Assembly (NCBI RefSeq): GCF_004010195.1
Contig: NC_057718.1
Span: forward strand, 90,056,837-90,120,836
DNA: 64,000 nt
Direction: 5' to 3'
DNA from: Chiloscyllium plagiosum
Taxonomy: Eukaryota
In this document: in pieces, positions 12,360 to 23,888 of the stretch
Numbering within the stretch: the first letter of the stretch is position 1
Layout of the letters: every line of letters begins with the position of its first letter
The notes under the pieces: generated by a model
The model's input: the letters and a program-made list of their open reading frames with translations, nothing else
What the model was told of the DNA's origin: nothing
The model's database searches: none
Translations under genes and position numbers: made by a program

Positions 12360-12719
12360 GTATGAGGAAATTCTGCCTTTTGCCCCCGGGGTGTGAGGAG
12401 GAGATGTTCAGCGGCGCTAAGATTTAACTTCATTGGTGGTGGGAGGTTACTGGATTAGCTACCCTCCTTTATGACCAGTTTTCTTTCTCCTGAATGGCTG
12501 GACTGTCGGGAAATGGCTCATCTCCTCAATGTGAGATCATCATGGACATTGTGGGATAGTGCCACAGAGGTCTTCCCTGGGTTCTCTCAACCCATTGACT
12601 CTGGATTATCCCCCTGTACCATGTTTGAAATATTCCACTGACTCACTCCCCCCCACAATAGTACGACACAAGTATTTTTTTTCACAAGGCTTCAACAGTT
12701 AAACATTCAGAAGTGACAT

Positions 12720-13250
12720 AAAAACAGAAGCTGCTGGAAAAGCTCTGCAGGTGTGGCAGCATGTGTGGAGAGAAGTCAAAGTTAACAATTTGGGTTCAGT
12801 GACCCTTTTTCAGAACTGATGGTAGCTAGGAAAAGAATGTCTTTTATATAAAAGATAGGGTGGAGGAAGAGGGGAACAATAGGTAGAGGGAGAGCCTAAG
12901 GAGAGAGAAGATCAGTTGGATAGACAAAGGAGTGGATAATGATCAGCCTGGGAAAATGAACAGCTACTCATGGGGACAGTTAGTGACTAACAATAGGTTG
13001 TGTGTAGTAGCAGACCATGTGATAACAAGGCCTGGTGTGGAGGGGCTGGGGTAAGGACTTGGGCGAAGGTGCTTCAAGTCCTAAAGTTGTTGAACTCGAT
13101 TTTGAGTCCAGAAGGCTGTTGAGTTCCCCAGTGGAAAATGAGGTGCTGTTCTTCTCGCTTGTATCTGAACTTCGCTGGAACAGTTCAGCAAGCCTGCGAC
13201 GGACATGTTGGACAGGGGATGGGATGGGGTGGGGGTGGGGAGGTTTGCTG
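12720..13250 (-). mobile_element. Older PLE 3' fragment (family D)
   Basis: GIY-YIG C-terminal remnant, purine-rich tract, degenerate CTGAAAAAGGGTCACTGAACCCAAA core on the minus strand. Confidence 0.65.
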
Positions 13251-13591
13251 AAGTATTGCATAATGACTTACAAAGGCTGAGGTAGACAGATTTTTAATCA
13301 GTGAGGAAATGGGGAAAGGGCAAGAAAATGGATCAGCTATGATATCATTGAATGGATCCGCAGACTTGATGGGCTGAATGGCCTACTTCTGCTCTGACAG
13401 CTTAAGGTAAAGAGTTTACAGTAGTACAGACAGTGAGAGAGAGCCTAATTCTAGGATTAGGACAGAACTGTAGTGGTCTAGTCAGACAGCACAGCCTTGA
13501 AGAGTACAAGTGCAGACATCCAACACTGCAGAGAAATTGAATGAGTATAGAATCCATGAAAGGATGGCCAGCAGATGAGAGTCTGTGAGAC

Positions 13592-13864
13592 TTGGGTTCG
13601 ATTCCAGCCTCGGGCGACTGTCTGTGTGGAGTTTGCACATTCTCCCTGTGTGCGCGTGGGTTTCCTCCGGGTGCTCCGGTTTCCTCCCACAATCCAAAGA
13701 TGTGCAGGTCAGGTGAATTGGCCAAGCTAAATTGTCCGTAGCGCTAGATGCATTGTTAGGGGTCAATGTAGGGGAATGGGTCTGGGTGGGTTGCTCTTCG
13801 GAGAGTCGGTGTGGACATGTTGGGCCGAAGGGCCTGCTTCCATACTGTAGGGAATCTAATCTAA
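13592..13864 (+). mobile_element. 5'-truncated HE1 SINE
   Basis: B box through the (AATCT)n tail. Confidence 0.88.
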
Positions 13865-14227
13865 TTGTTTTTAATTTCCCGTGTAATAACTGCAATGATT
13901 GTTGAAACTTTCTCTCCAGGCAGCCCCATAGTGCCCTATATATTGGGGTGACCATTTCTCAAAGTTCAAAGCGGGGGCATGCTAGACTGGAGCACAGTAA
14001 AAGTAATGTGAACAGTAAACGTAATTGCTCGACCTGGCACGGCAGAGGTTTTAGCAAGTTATTTTTCACCACATTTGGACATCCGGTGCGAAACAGATGA
14101 GTTGATAATTGACGGTGGATCTGGCATGATGGTATTGAAATTCATTCAGATTTATCTCATTCATTAACATTCAGACCATTCAGGAATGTCAAGCTTTTGT
14201 ACCCATTGTCTACATTGCTTACTCTGT

Positions 14228-14605
14228 GAGAAAGGGAGGACTGCAGATGCTGGAGATTAGAGTCGAAGAGTGTGGCGCTGGAAAAGCACAGCCGATCAGG
14301 AAGCATCCGAGGAACAGGAGAGTCAACGTTTCTGGCATAAGCCCTTCATCAAGAATGAGGCTTGTGGGCCAAGGGGGCTGAGAGATAAATGGGAGGGGTG
14401 TGGGGGGAAGGTAGGTGGATGAAGGTGGGGTAGAAGGTGATAGGTTGGAGAGGAGGGTGGAGTGAACAGGTGATGGACAGGTTAAAAGGGCAGTGCCAAG
14501 TTGGAAGATTGGATTTGGGGTGAGGGGAGGGGAGGGGAAATGAGAAAACTGGTCAAATCCACATTGATCCCATATGGTTGGAGGGTCCCAAGGTGGGCGA
14601 TGAGA
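14228..14605 (-). mobile_element. PLE family A 3' fragment
   Basis: Reverse complement of 37930-38341 including the end of the GIY-YIG ORF. Confidence 0.8.
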
Positions 14606-14929
14606 AGTTCTTTGATATTGCTTAGTCTGTGCCCACTGAACTCAGTGAAAGAAATTAGTCTCAGGGATACATTGCAGGTGCTGTAAGAGCATCAGTCTGT
14701 TTAGTCATAGCTCTGTTCTCTTCTATCGATGTCCTACCTCAACTGGAATTGGAAAATAACGACTGACATTTTAACACTTTGCTTCATTAATGATCGGTCA
14801 CAAATACAGAAAAAAACACCTTTGAAACTCATTGTTGATGTAGCACTTATGCTTTCTTGACAAACAACGATCTCACTTTAAACCCAACTTGAGTCATATA
14901 CCATTCAGTCAACTTGACAGCTGCAACAG

Positions 14930-15270
14930 CGTTGTATTATTAATGTGACTGTTAACAGGAATATCACGAATAATAAATGTGGGATGCAAATTGATTTGAT
15001 CAGGCAATGCCCTGATCAATCAGAATCAATGCGCCTGGTTTAAAACTTAGACAGGTCATGGAAGTTAATTGTCAATCATCATCAATTGGTGCACTCTCCA
15101 CGGCAACTCCTCTACAAATCACCTGCCAACAAATCAACACTCTCCTCTCATACTTTATAAATGTTGATTTACCCCTTGAACCTGTATTCTTGTGAATTGT
15201 CTGAACAAGTGTGAGACATTGGGCAGAGATAATTTGTGTCCTTTTTCCAGCATACCCAAGTTCTGTACTA
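14930..15270 (+). mobile_element. Degraded PLE family E 3' UTR
   Basis: Similar to the reverse complement of 2190-2600. Confidence 0.5.
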
Positions 15271-15486
15271 GCATGTCACTGTTTGATTTATTATTATTAT
15301 TAGTGTTTAAACAGTTAGATGGAAAGTGATACCGGTTAGTGTGTCCGAGACTTTATTTGACCGGGGCTCCAGTCACCCATTCAGAAACAGTCCATGGAAA
15401 CCAAAGGGAGTTTAATCATCCCACTGCATCTATCAATCGGAACTTCCTTGCTCTTGAGAAAAGGAGAACAAGGCAAGAGCTTCTGA

Positions 15487-15790
15487 GGCACGGTGGCTCA
15501 GTGGTTAGCACTGCTGCCTCACAGCGTCAGGGACCTGGGTTCAATTCCAGCCTCGAGTGACTGTCTGTCTGTGTAGAGTTTGCACATTCTCCCCGTGTCT
15601 GCTTGGGTTTCATCCGGGTGCTCCGGTTTCCTCCTACAATCCAAAGATGTGCAGGTTAGGTGAATTGGCCATGCTAAATTGCCCGTAGTGTTAAGTGCAT
15701 TAGTCAGAGGGTCTGGGTGGATTACTCTTCGCAGGGTCAGACTTGTTGCGCTGAAGGGCAGGTTTCCACACTGTAGTGAATTTAATCTAA
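15487..15790 (+). mobile_element. HE1 SINE
   Basis: Full head, V-domain and tail. Confidence 0.9.
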
Positions 15791-16478
15791 AGTGTCTAAT
15801 TGAGTAAGGAGGTACTGTTCCTCATTATTGTTGAGATTCATCAAAGCAGTGTCGGAGGTGGAGGACACAGGGAGTGAGTTGGAGGATAAAAATGACAAAG
15901 GACTGTAAACACAGGTACACCTACAGACAGTATAGAAAGCCCAGGGCTGGTTACTTTAAGCTTGGCTGGTATGTTCCTCACTGAAAGACATGAGGGGAGC
16001 CATTGTCATCCTTATTAACCAGGTAAAGGTGTGTTGTGGTAAAGGGCGATTAGACCCTTCAGTGATGGAAAGAGGAGAGGGCACCCCACAGTTGCTCTCC
16101 ATGTTTCCAGATGAGTGAGGATGGGAAATCTCCCATAATCCCAGTGAAAGTGCCCAGGATGATGGCTGTTCTGTCAGAACCCGAACCCATGTGGAAACAA
16201 GTCCTTTCTAGCATTGCAGAGAGAACAGACTCTCTGGAGTTCAGATTCTGGAGTTGTCACCTCGTTCCTGAGGAAGGGCTTAAGCTCGAAGCATCGATTC
16301 TCCTGCTCCTCGGTTGCTGCCTGACCGGCTGTGTTTTTCCAGCACCACACTTTTCGACACTGTTCACATCCTGCTTTGCTTAAAAATAACATTACAAAAA
16401 CACCCAGTCAGTGGAAGCTGAAAACTGTAAAGGTGGCGAGACTAAAAGTGATCATCTAAGAAAGGAGATGACTAAGTG

Positions 16479-16806
16479 GCGGCACGGTGGCACAGTGGTT
16501 AGCACTGCTGCCTCACAGCGCCAGAGACCCGGGTTCAATTCCCACCTCAGGCGACTGACTGTGTGGAGTTTGCACGTTCTCCCCGTGTCTGCGTGGGTTT
16601 CCTCCGGGTGCTCCGGTTTCCTCCCACAGTCCAAAGATGTGCAGGTCAGGTGAATTGGCCATGCTAAATTGCCCGTAGTATTAGTTAAGGGGTAAATGTA
16701 GGGGTATGGGTGGGTTGCGCTTCGGCGGGGCGGTGTGGACTTGTTGGGCCGAAGGGCCTGTTTCCACACTGTAAGTAATCTAATCTAATCTAATCTAATC
16801 TAATCT
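16479..16806 (+). mobile_element. Young HE1 SINE with (TAATC)n tail, 40 bp upstream of DTD1 exon 4
   Basis: Near identical to the reverse complement of 36608-36925. Confidence 0.93.
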
Positions 16807-16846
16807 ACAGTGAGCTGATTAACTTAAACAATCTATTCTATTCTAG

Positions 16847-16944
16847 ATGGCAAATTTGGAGCCTACATGCAAGTTCATATACAGAATGATGGCCCAGTCA
16901 CTATTGAATTAGAATCGCCCACCGGTCCCTCTGACCCTAAACAG
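16847..16944 (+). CDS. DTD1: DTD1 internal coding exon (equivalent to exon 4) with the Gly-cisPro NDGPVT motif
   Basis: ttctattctag acceptor and GTAAGA donor. Translates (D)GKFGAYMQVHIQNDGPVTIELESPTGPSDPKQ. 98 nt, ends in phase 0. Confidence 0.96.
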
Positions 16945-17055
16945 GTAAGAGAATACTGGTCTGTTCCTGTGTTTAAGTGGTTAAGGTTTTGTAATGCTTG
17001 ATTACACAAACTCACCTTGATCTACAAAATAAGGCTGCATGATTTCAGACTTCAA

Positions 17056-18590
17056 GTTAAAAATCACACAACACCAGGTTATAGTCCAACAGGTTTATTT
17101 GGAAGCACTTTTTTTAATTTCAAAAATATACTTTATTCATAAAAATATTTTGATGATCTGTACAATTGGTCATGCCATACCTATGTAAACATTCCATTTC
17201 TTTGCATACAGAGATCGAGTAAGCAAACATATATACAGGTCTGTACGTTTACTATGCATATATTTAGCTGAGGAGTCAACGGAGCCCACTTACTGCGTGG
17301 GCCCCCTGTTCTTAGGCAGGCAGACGTTACACGGTGGTATTTCCCCACCGCTCCTTGGCGGCAGCTGCCCCAAGCTTCAGCATGTTCCTCAACATGTAGT
17401 CCTGGACCTTGGAATGTGCCAGTCTGCAACACTCAGTCGGGGTCAGCTTCTTAAGCTGGAAGATCAACAGGTTTCTGACAGACCAAAGAGTGTCTTTCAC
17501 CGAGTTGATGATCCTCCAGGCACAGTTGATGTTCGTCTCGGTGTGCGTCCCGGGGAACAGGCCATACAGCACGGAGTCCTGTGTCACAGAGCTGCTTGGG
17601 ACAAACCTCGACAAGCACCACTGCATTCGTCTCCAGAATTCATTTGCGGAGGCCCATTCCAGAAGGAGGTGTGTGACAGTCTCGTCCCCTCCGCAGCCGC
17701 TTCGAGTCTGAGAGTCCGGGCGTGCATAAAGGATCTCACCGGCAGAGCCCTTCTCACCACCAGCCAAACCATGTCTTGGTGCTTGTTGGAAGATTCTGGC
17801 GATGAGGCATTCTGCCAAATGACTTTGACAGTCTGCCCAGGGAACCGCTCGACAGGATCCGCCCTCTCCTTTTCCCAAAGGGTCTTAAGGAAGCACTAGC
17901 TTTCGGAGCACTGCTCCTTCATCAGGCGGTTGTGGAGTATAAGATTGTAGGACACAGAACTTATAGCAAAAGCTCACAGTGTGATGTAACTGAAATTATA
18001 TATTGAAAAATACCTAGATTGTTTATTAAGTCTCATCTTTTCGAATGACCATGTTGGTTTTTGTTCTTTCATATGTAAATTCAAGAACTTTCTTAAAGTT
18101 ACATTCTCGAGTGAATTTTGACAATAGGTGCCATGTCAGCCCAGATAATGCATTGAAGGTGTGAGGTGCCCTGTATGAGGCTATCTGTGCCACAGTGTTC
18201 AGACTGATTCTAATCTAAAAAAAGGATTTACAGAATCTTATATGGATTCATGCAGTTTTTGAGCAAAATAAAGTGTAATTCTGCAAGTACAAATTCACCC
18301 CACAAACCTGTGTGTGTGTACATATGGATGTGTGTGCGTGGAGGGGGGTATTAATGTCTGTGAGACAGTGTGTGTATGAGTGTGAGTGTAAAGGAGTATA
18401 AGTCTGTGAGACGGTGCGTGTGTGAGTGTGGGAGTGTATGTGTGAGCGTATGAGAGAGGGTCTGCGAGAATGTATGGGTCTATAGGAGTGTGTCTGTGAG
18501 TGTGTGTCTGTCTGTATGTGTGCGTCTGTCTGTTCTATGTGTGTGAGTAGTGCAGTGGGGTCACCTGTATTGCGACATGTTCACATTTCT
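17056..18590 (-). mobile_element. PLE family B long 3' fragment with a TG-rich tract, interrupted by a Tx1/L1-like element
   Basis: Family B sequence resumes exactly after the insert. Intact hammerhead core at 17897-17925 (minus). Confidence 0.85.
17110..17888 (-). mobile_element. 5'-truncated L1/Tx1-clade LINE (ORF2 C-terminal zinc-finger region, 3' UTR, polyA)
   Basis: WLVVRRALPVRSFMHAR..GCGGDETVTHLLLE peptide. AATAAA plus A-tail on the minus strand. TSD GGAAGCACT at 17101-17109 and 17889-17897. Confidence 0.85.
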
Positions 18591-19019
18591 GTCTAGTTCC
18601 TGATTGTTCTGTATGTACATACTTGCCCTTAGAATGATTACAGCACAATGTTGTAATGATCCCAGGTCGTGCTGACAGCACATTAAGTTAGACAGTATTA
18701 CTTTTAGATTAGATTAGTTTAGATTCCCTACAGTGTGCAAAGAGGTCCTTCAGCCCAACAAGTCCACACTGACCCTCCGAAGAGTAACCCACCCAGACCC
18801 ATTTCCCTTTGATTAATGCATCTAACCCTATGGGCAATTCTCGACAATGGGTTTATTTACAGAATGTATATACTGTATATCGCCCACCAACCATCTCATA
18901 CCTCAGCGGTCTCTCTTAATATAGTATTATTTTGATGAATCAATTAAAACAATGAACTCAAATTAAAATAATTGCACTTGATTAAACACTAGGCAGCTCC
19001 TGGAAGGGGCCAATACACG

Positions 19020-19680
19020 GGATGGTACAGCATAGAAACAGGCCCTTTGGCCCACCATATCTATGCTGACCAACAAATGCCAAACCACTAATCCCATTTA
19101 CCAGTACTTGATCCATAGCCTATATTCTCTGGTGTTTGATGTATTCATCCAGATGCTTCTTAATCGTTGTGAGCGTATCTGCCATCACCACCCTCTCAGA
19201 CAGCCACTCTCTGAGTGAAAAGAGTTTTCTTCAGATCTCTACTGAACCACTTGCTCCTCACCTTAAACTTATACCTTCTGGTCTTAAACACATCTCAAAT
19301 GGAGAAAACATTCCTACAATTGTCTCTGTCTTTGCCTGTCATTATTCTGTATACTTCCATCAGATTCCACCCCCAGCCTCCTCTGATCCAGTGAAGCAAA
19401 CCCAGCCAATCCATGACTTTACTCAATAACTGAGACTTGCCATCCCAGGCACACATCCTGGTGAATCTCCTCTGCACCCTCTCCAGTGCAATCATGTTCT
19501 GTGTGGCAACTGGAACTGCACATAGTATTCCATTCCATCTGTGACCTCACCAATGTTTTATGAAGTCATACAAGACTTCCTTGCTCCCGTATTCTATCCC
19601 ATATGCCTTCTTCACCACCCTGTCTATCTCTATGGACACGTTCAGGGATCTATGAGCTTGTAGACCAATGTCCCTCTGTT
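19020..19680 (-). mobile_element. Degraded CR1 LINE 3' part
   Basis: IALERVQRRFTRM peptide. Confidence 0.8.
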
Positions 19681-19747
19681 TCTTAGTCCGAGGGATTTAT
19701 CATGCAGTGTGTAAATTGTTCTCTCATTCCACATGAAAACCTGTGAA

Positions 19748-20078
19748 AGGCATGGCAAAGTGGCTCAGTGGTTAGCACTGCTGCCTCACAGCACCAGGGG
19801 CTGATTCCAGCCATAGGCGACTGTCTGTGTGGAGTTTGCACACACTCCCTGTGTCTCTGTTTCCTCCGGGTACTCCGGTTTCCTCCCACAGTCCAAAGCC
19901 ATGCAGGTTAGGGTGGATTGGCCATGCTAAATTGCCCATAGTGTCCAAGGATGTGCAGGCTAGATGGGTTAACCATGGGAAACACAAAGATAGGGTGGAT
20001 TCTGGGTGGGATGCTGTTTGGAGGGGCTGTGTGGCATCGATGGGCTGAATGGCCTGCTTCCCCATGGTAGGTTCCATG
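19748..20078 (+). mobile_element. HE1 SINE (older)
   Basis: Consensus match. Confidence 0.85.
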
Positions 20079-21039
20079 AAATTAAACCAATTTAACAATT
20101 GACTTCCCCTTAAAAGTGCATTGTTAGTAAAGTTTAGGGGATAAAAAACCCAACAAGAATTGATGAATTCAAATTAAAAGTTGATTATATGGGAGGATAA
20201 TACACTCCAGCCCCAGTGGTGTGGATTGGTCACAGAAAGTCTCAAGCAGACACTTGATCTCTACCGTACCATCTGAACATGAACTTTCACCTGTCTCTCT
20301 TTAATTGACTTCCATTTGGAGAGTATAATCAAAAATAACACAAATTAACAGTCCCTTAAAGAAACACGGCAGCTAAAGTTAAAGCTTGCTGTTGAAAATT
20401 AATTTGTAATTTGGTGTTGCGGAGTAATGCCCTGTGATGCCCACCAGTGACATAGGGCATTGACCAGATCAGTGAGCACCCGATATGGACATCTTCAGGT
20501 CCTTCTGCAAGGCCACCCAGGGAACTGACATTACCATAAACAGTGTCTCGCCAATTAACACAGGGCATTCAGGATGTTTTTTAGCTCCCTAAATTCTTAA
20601 TTTCTTCAACCATTTCCCCTTCAAAGCAAGGGAATATTTTAATATGCAACTATAAATTTCCCTCTGAGTATAAGTTTCTTTTGTGTTGGGTTTTCTTTGG
20701 AATCCCTTATGCTTATCAAGGTAAGGGAAGTAATGTGTTGTGGAATTGAATAATCTGGCTTGACAACATGTTCCAACCTCCCCACAGCCCCAGCGCAGCC
20801 ATTTTCTTCAATTTGACCAGTCATCTGGTGGTCTCTCCTAAAATTGCTAATGAGTATCCAAATCAGGGCAGCTTTGAGTAGTGGGCCCATGGATGGACAC
20901 TGTTCAAATGCAGTGCATTTGACACCTTGTCAGGCAGTGGACAGAGCAGAATTATTTGAGATTAATTTTAAATTTAGGTCCTAGGCCAGTCTCCAATTCA
21001 GTATGTTGAACAACCCACATAAAACACATTCCCCTTATT

Positions 21040-21650
21040 GCTGAGGAAAGCTTACTGACAATGCACTGCACTGTCAGAATCACCAACTTTCCAGCCAGGT
21101 GTTTGACTCGAGACCCTGTCTGCTTGAGTTAATGTCTAAGGGAATTCCTAGAAGCATGGCTTTCCAGCCAGAACTCTATCAACAAACACATCGAGTTAGA
21201 CCCCATCTACCACCCCCTGAGAAAAGGAACAGGAAGTTACTTCACCACAGGAAATAACATCACTGAAGGAAATGACATCAACAACCCAAGCAGGAATTTT
21301 CAGCATTGCTTCGCCTGAGGCCCACTGAAGGTGTTATCTAGTAGGGTAACGAAACGTCTGGAAATGAACCTTGCAGCTCAGTGAGCAAACCTCCATCCAA
21401 ATCCCCAACCTGAGCTACGAATCTTCTCAAACCTTGATATCTCAGAGCCTGTGGCACTACTTTGAAGGAGAACAGAGGAGTTATCCCTGATTTACCCTTA
21501 ATGGGAACCACCCTAAACAGGTTACCTACTCACCTGGCTGTTTGCCTGCTGTACTATAATGATTACACAAGTATTTCATTGGTTGTAAAGCTCTTTGAAA
21601 CGTCCAGAGGTTGCTACATAAATGTAAGCTTTTGTTTTTTGCCTCTGCAG
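21040..21650 (+). mobile_element. Ancient Deu-domain-like SINE remnant split by PLE family C
   Basis: GCACTGCACTGTCAGA...CCCTGTCTGC / GGCACTACTTTGAAGGAGAACAGAGGAGTTATCCCTG...ATTTCATTGGTTGTAAAGC resembles the SacSINE1/AmnSINE1-type body, from memory. Confidence 0.5.
21141..21432 (+). mobile_element. PLE family C 3' fragment with a hammerhead-like core at 21325-21358
   Basis: Peptide EFLEAWLSSQNSINKHIELDPIYHPLRK is a PLE ORF end. Core reads CTGAAGG T GTTATCT-AGTA-GGGTAAC GAAA CG TC. Confidence 0.75.
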
Positions 21651-21986
21651 TTATTATTTGAATAAAACTATACACAAGTGTCCGTTACAATTCTGAGCAT
21701 CAGCCCCTTTTCAGTGTTTCAGGGTTTTTGAATTGCGCTGGTTATTAAATTTGTTTGCTGACTGTGAAGAATTATTTTGATAAAAGTGTTGAAGAAGTAC
21801 TTATATCCTGATTATTAATATTCTCAATTAAAAGAAATGCAGTTTAATAAGGGGGAGAATGTTCTAGAAATGTGACCACCATCCGTGGGCAGTTGGATGA
21901 TGTTTTGACTTTTTTTTACTCAGTGAGAATTAATTGTTTTGACAGAGATTGAAGGGACCTTATCTTCCAACTTTTCAAAGTAACTC

Positions 21987-22315
21987 ATAGAGTTCCCATA
22001 GTGTGGAAGCAGGCCATTTGGCCCATCAAATAGGCAGCAACTCTCCGAAGAATATCACACCCTATTCCTGTCACCCTGCATTTCCTGTGGCTAACCTTCC
22101 TATCCCTGGTCACTGTGGGCAATCTATCATGGCCAATCCACCCTAACCTGCACATCTTTGGACTGTGGGAGGAAACCGGAGCACCTGGAGGAAACCCACG
22201 CAGACACGGGGAGAATGTGCAAACTCCACACAGGCAGTTGCCCGAGGCTGGAATCGAACCTGGGTCCCTGGCGCTGTGAGGCAGCAGTGCTAATCACTGA
22301 GCCGCTTTGCTGCCG
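21987..22315 (-). mobile_element. HE1 SINE
   Basis: Consensus match. Confidence 0.88.
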
Positions 22316-23712
22316 TAACGCACGTGACAGTTTCCTATTGAATGGGCCGTTGAGGCAAGATGAGTGTTGCCCTGCTCTTTGATGCCTCCTGCATTTACCC
22401 ACTTTATCTCCCTGGCTCGACTTGGCCTCTCTTACCCCCTTCCCCCATGTGCACCACCTGGGTTGGCATCTGTGTTACCATCTAGTAGGGACAGGCACGG
22501 GGACCTGAGGCCAAATGGAACCGGGCAAATGTTGATCTGATAATTAAGGGATAATTGGATGTGAATTATGGCTGGGTGTGTAAGTGGGGGATAGGGCTGT
22601 TGTGATGAAGTGGTAGTGTCCTTTCTCCTGGGCCTGGAGGTCCTGGTTCAGGTATCAGAGATGTGTCTTAACATGTTGAATATGTTAATTAAAAATATTG
22701 GACCCCACCCCCTTTGTGGCTCACAGATAGTGTCCCTGCCTCTAAAGCAGGAGGCCTCGAGTTCATGTCCCAACTACTCCAGAGATATATCATAACATCT
22801 CTGAACAGGTTGACTAGAAACTGTCAACCCACCGGTGATAAATAACCCATGATGCTGGGGTTTTGCGCTGCATGAATTGGAATAAAAGTCGAACTAGAAT
22901 AATACTGGACTTTTGACTTTAACCTCTGGGGTGTTTAACCTCTGCAGTGCTGGAAGAATGGAGTGGCTTTGCAAGTGAGAGTCACATTTCTAAGCTAATT
23001 GCAATAGAACTTCAGTGGTCTGCCTCTGTGCTGTTGAAAGGCTTGTTCAGTGGGAGTTGGTAGAAGATTTAGTGCCTGGTACAGGTCAATGGTGACCTTC
23101 TAAACACTGTCACGAGTGAAAACATATTTAATGGGCTGTAACCATGGAGAGTGAGCAAGCCAACATTTCGAGTCTAAGTCTCTGATGAAGAGTTTTGTCA
23201 ACTCACAACATTAGCTTGCTCTGTCTCCATGGATGCTCCCCAATCCGCTGTGACCTCTGGCATTTGTTGTTTTCAGTACGGATTCCAGCATCTGCAGTAA
23301 TTTGCTTTTCCTTTAACAAGCTGTAATCTTGGGCCTCCATGATGATTGACAAGTTGGGTGTCCAATGGCAGTAGTCTGGAGGTGGGGTGGCTGAAGGCAG
23401 GAGATCATGTGGTGACATCTCCCAGACCCAATTGGTCACTATGGTGTTCCAGAGATTATTTGCAATGTACAGTGTATATACCCCCCAGACTGAGCAATTC
23501 ATGGTGTCCTTCTCCTGCACCATTCACAATGAAAGGTTACATGAAACAGAGGTTGTGACAGGTTGAATTAATGAGCCTGGGGACGTACACCTTTATGACT
23601 GCTGGGAGGGACGGAAGAGTGCTTCAAGATGCATTCCACGCTAAATCTCTCCAAAGAACAGAAATAAAAGACTACAAACATTCTGATAGGCTTGAAGGCA
23701 TGCTTTAAAGGC

Positions 23713-23888
23713 AAGGAGAAAGTGAGGACTGTAGATACTGGAGATCAGAGTCAAGAGGGTGGTGCTGGAAAAGCACAGCGGGTCAGGCAGCATCCGAGGA
23801 GCAGGAATGATGAAGGGCTTATGCCTGAAACGTCGATTCTCCTGCTGCTCAGTTAGTGCCTGACAAACTGTGCTTTTCCAGCACCACC
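23713..23888. mobile_element. Inverted PLE family A insertion
   Basis: Two opposed arms with the centre deleted. Confidence 0.8.

Noticed and set aside
12083..12427. 114-aa single-exon ORF as a standalone gene
   Set aside because: It is DTD1 exon 3 plus intronic read-through. Splice sites and frame fit the neighbouring exons.
16479..16550. tRNA gene
   Set aside because: tRNA-like head of an HE1 SINE, continuing into the V-domain and LINE tail. The same applies to the other copies.
17297..17899. 200-aa plus-strand ORF
   Set aside because: Antisense shadow of the Tx1/L1 ORF2 fragment.
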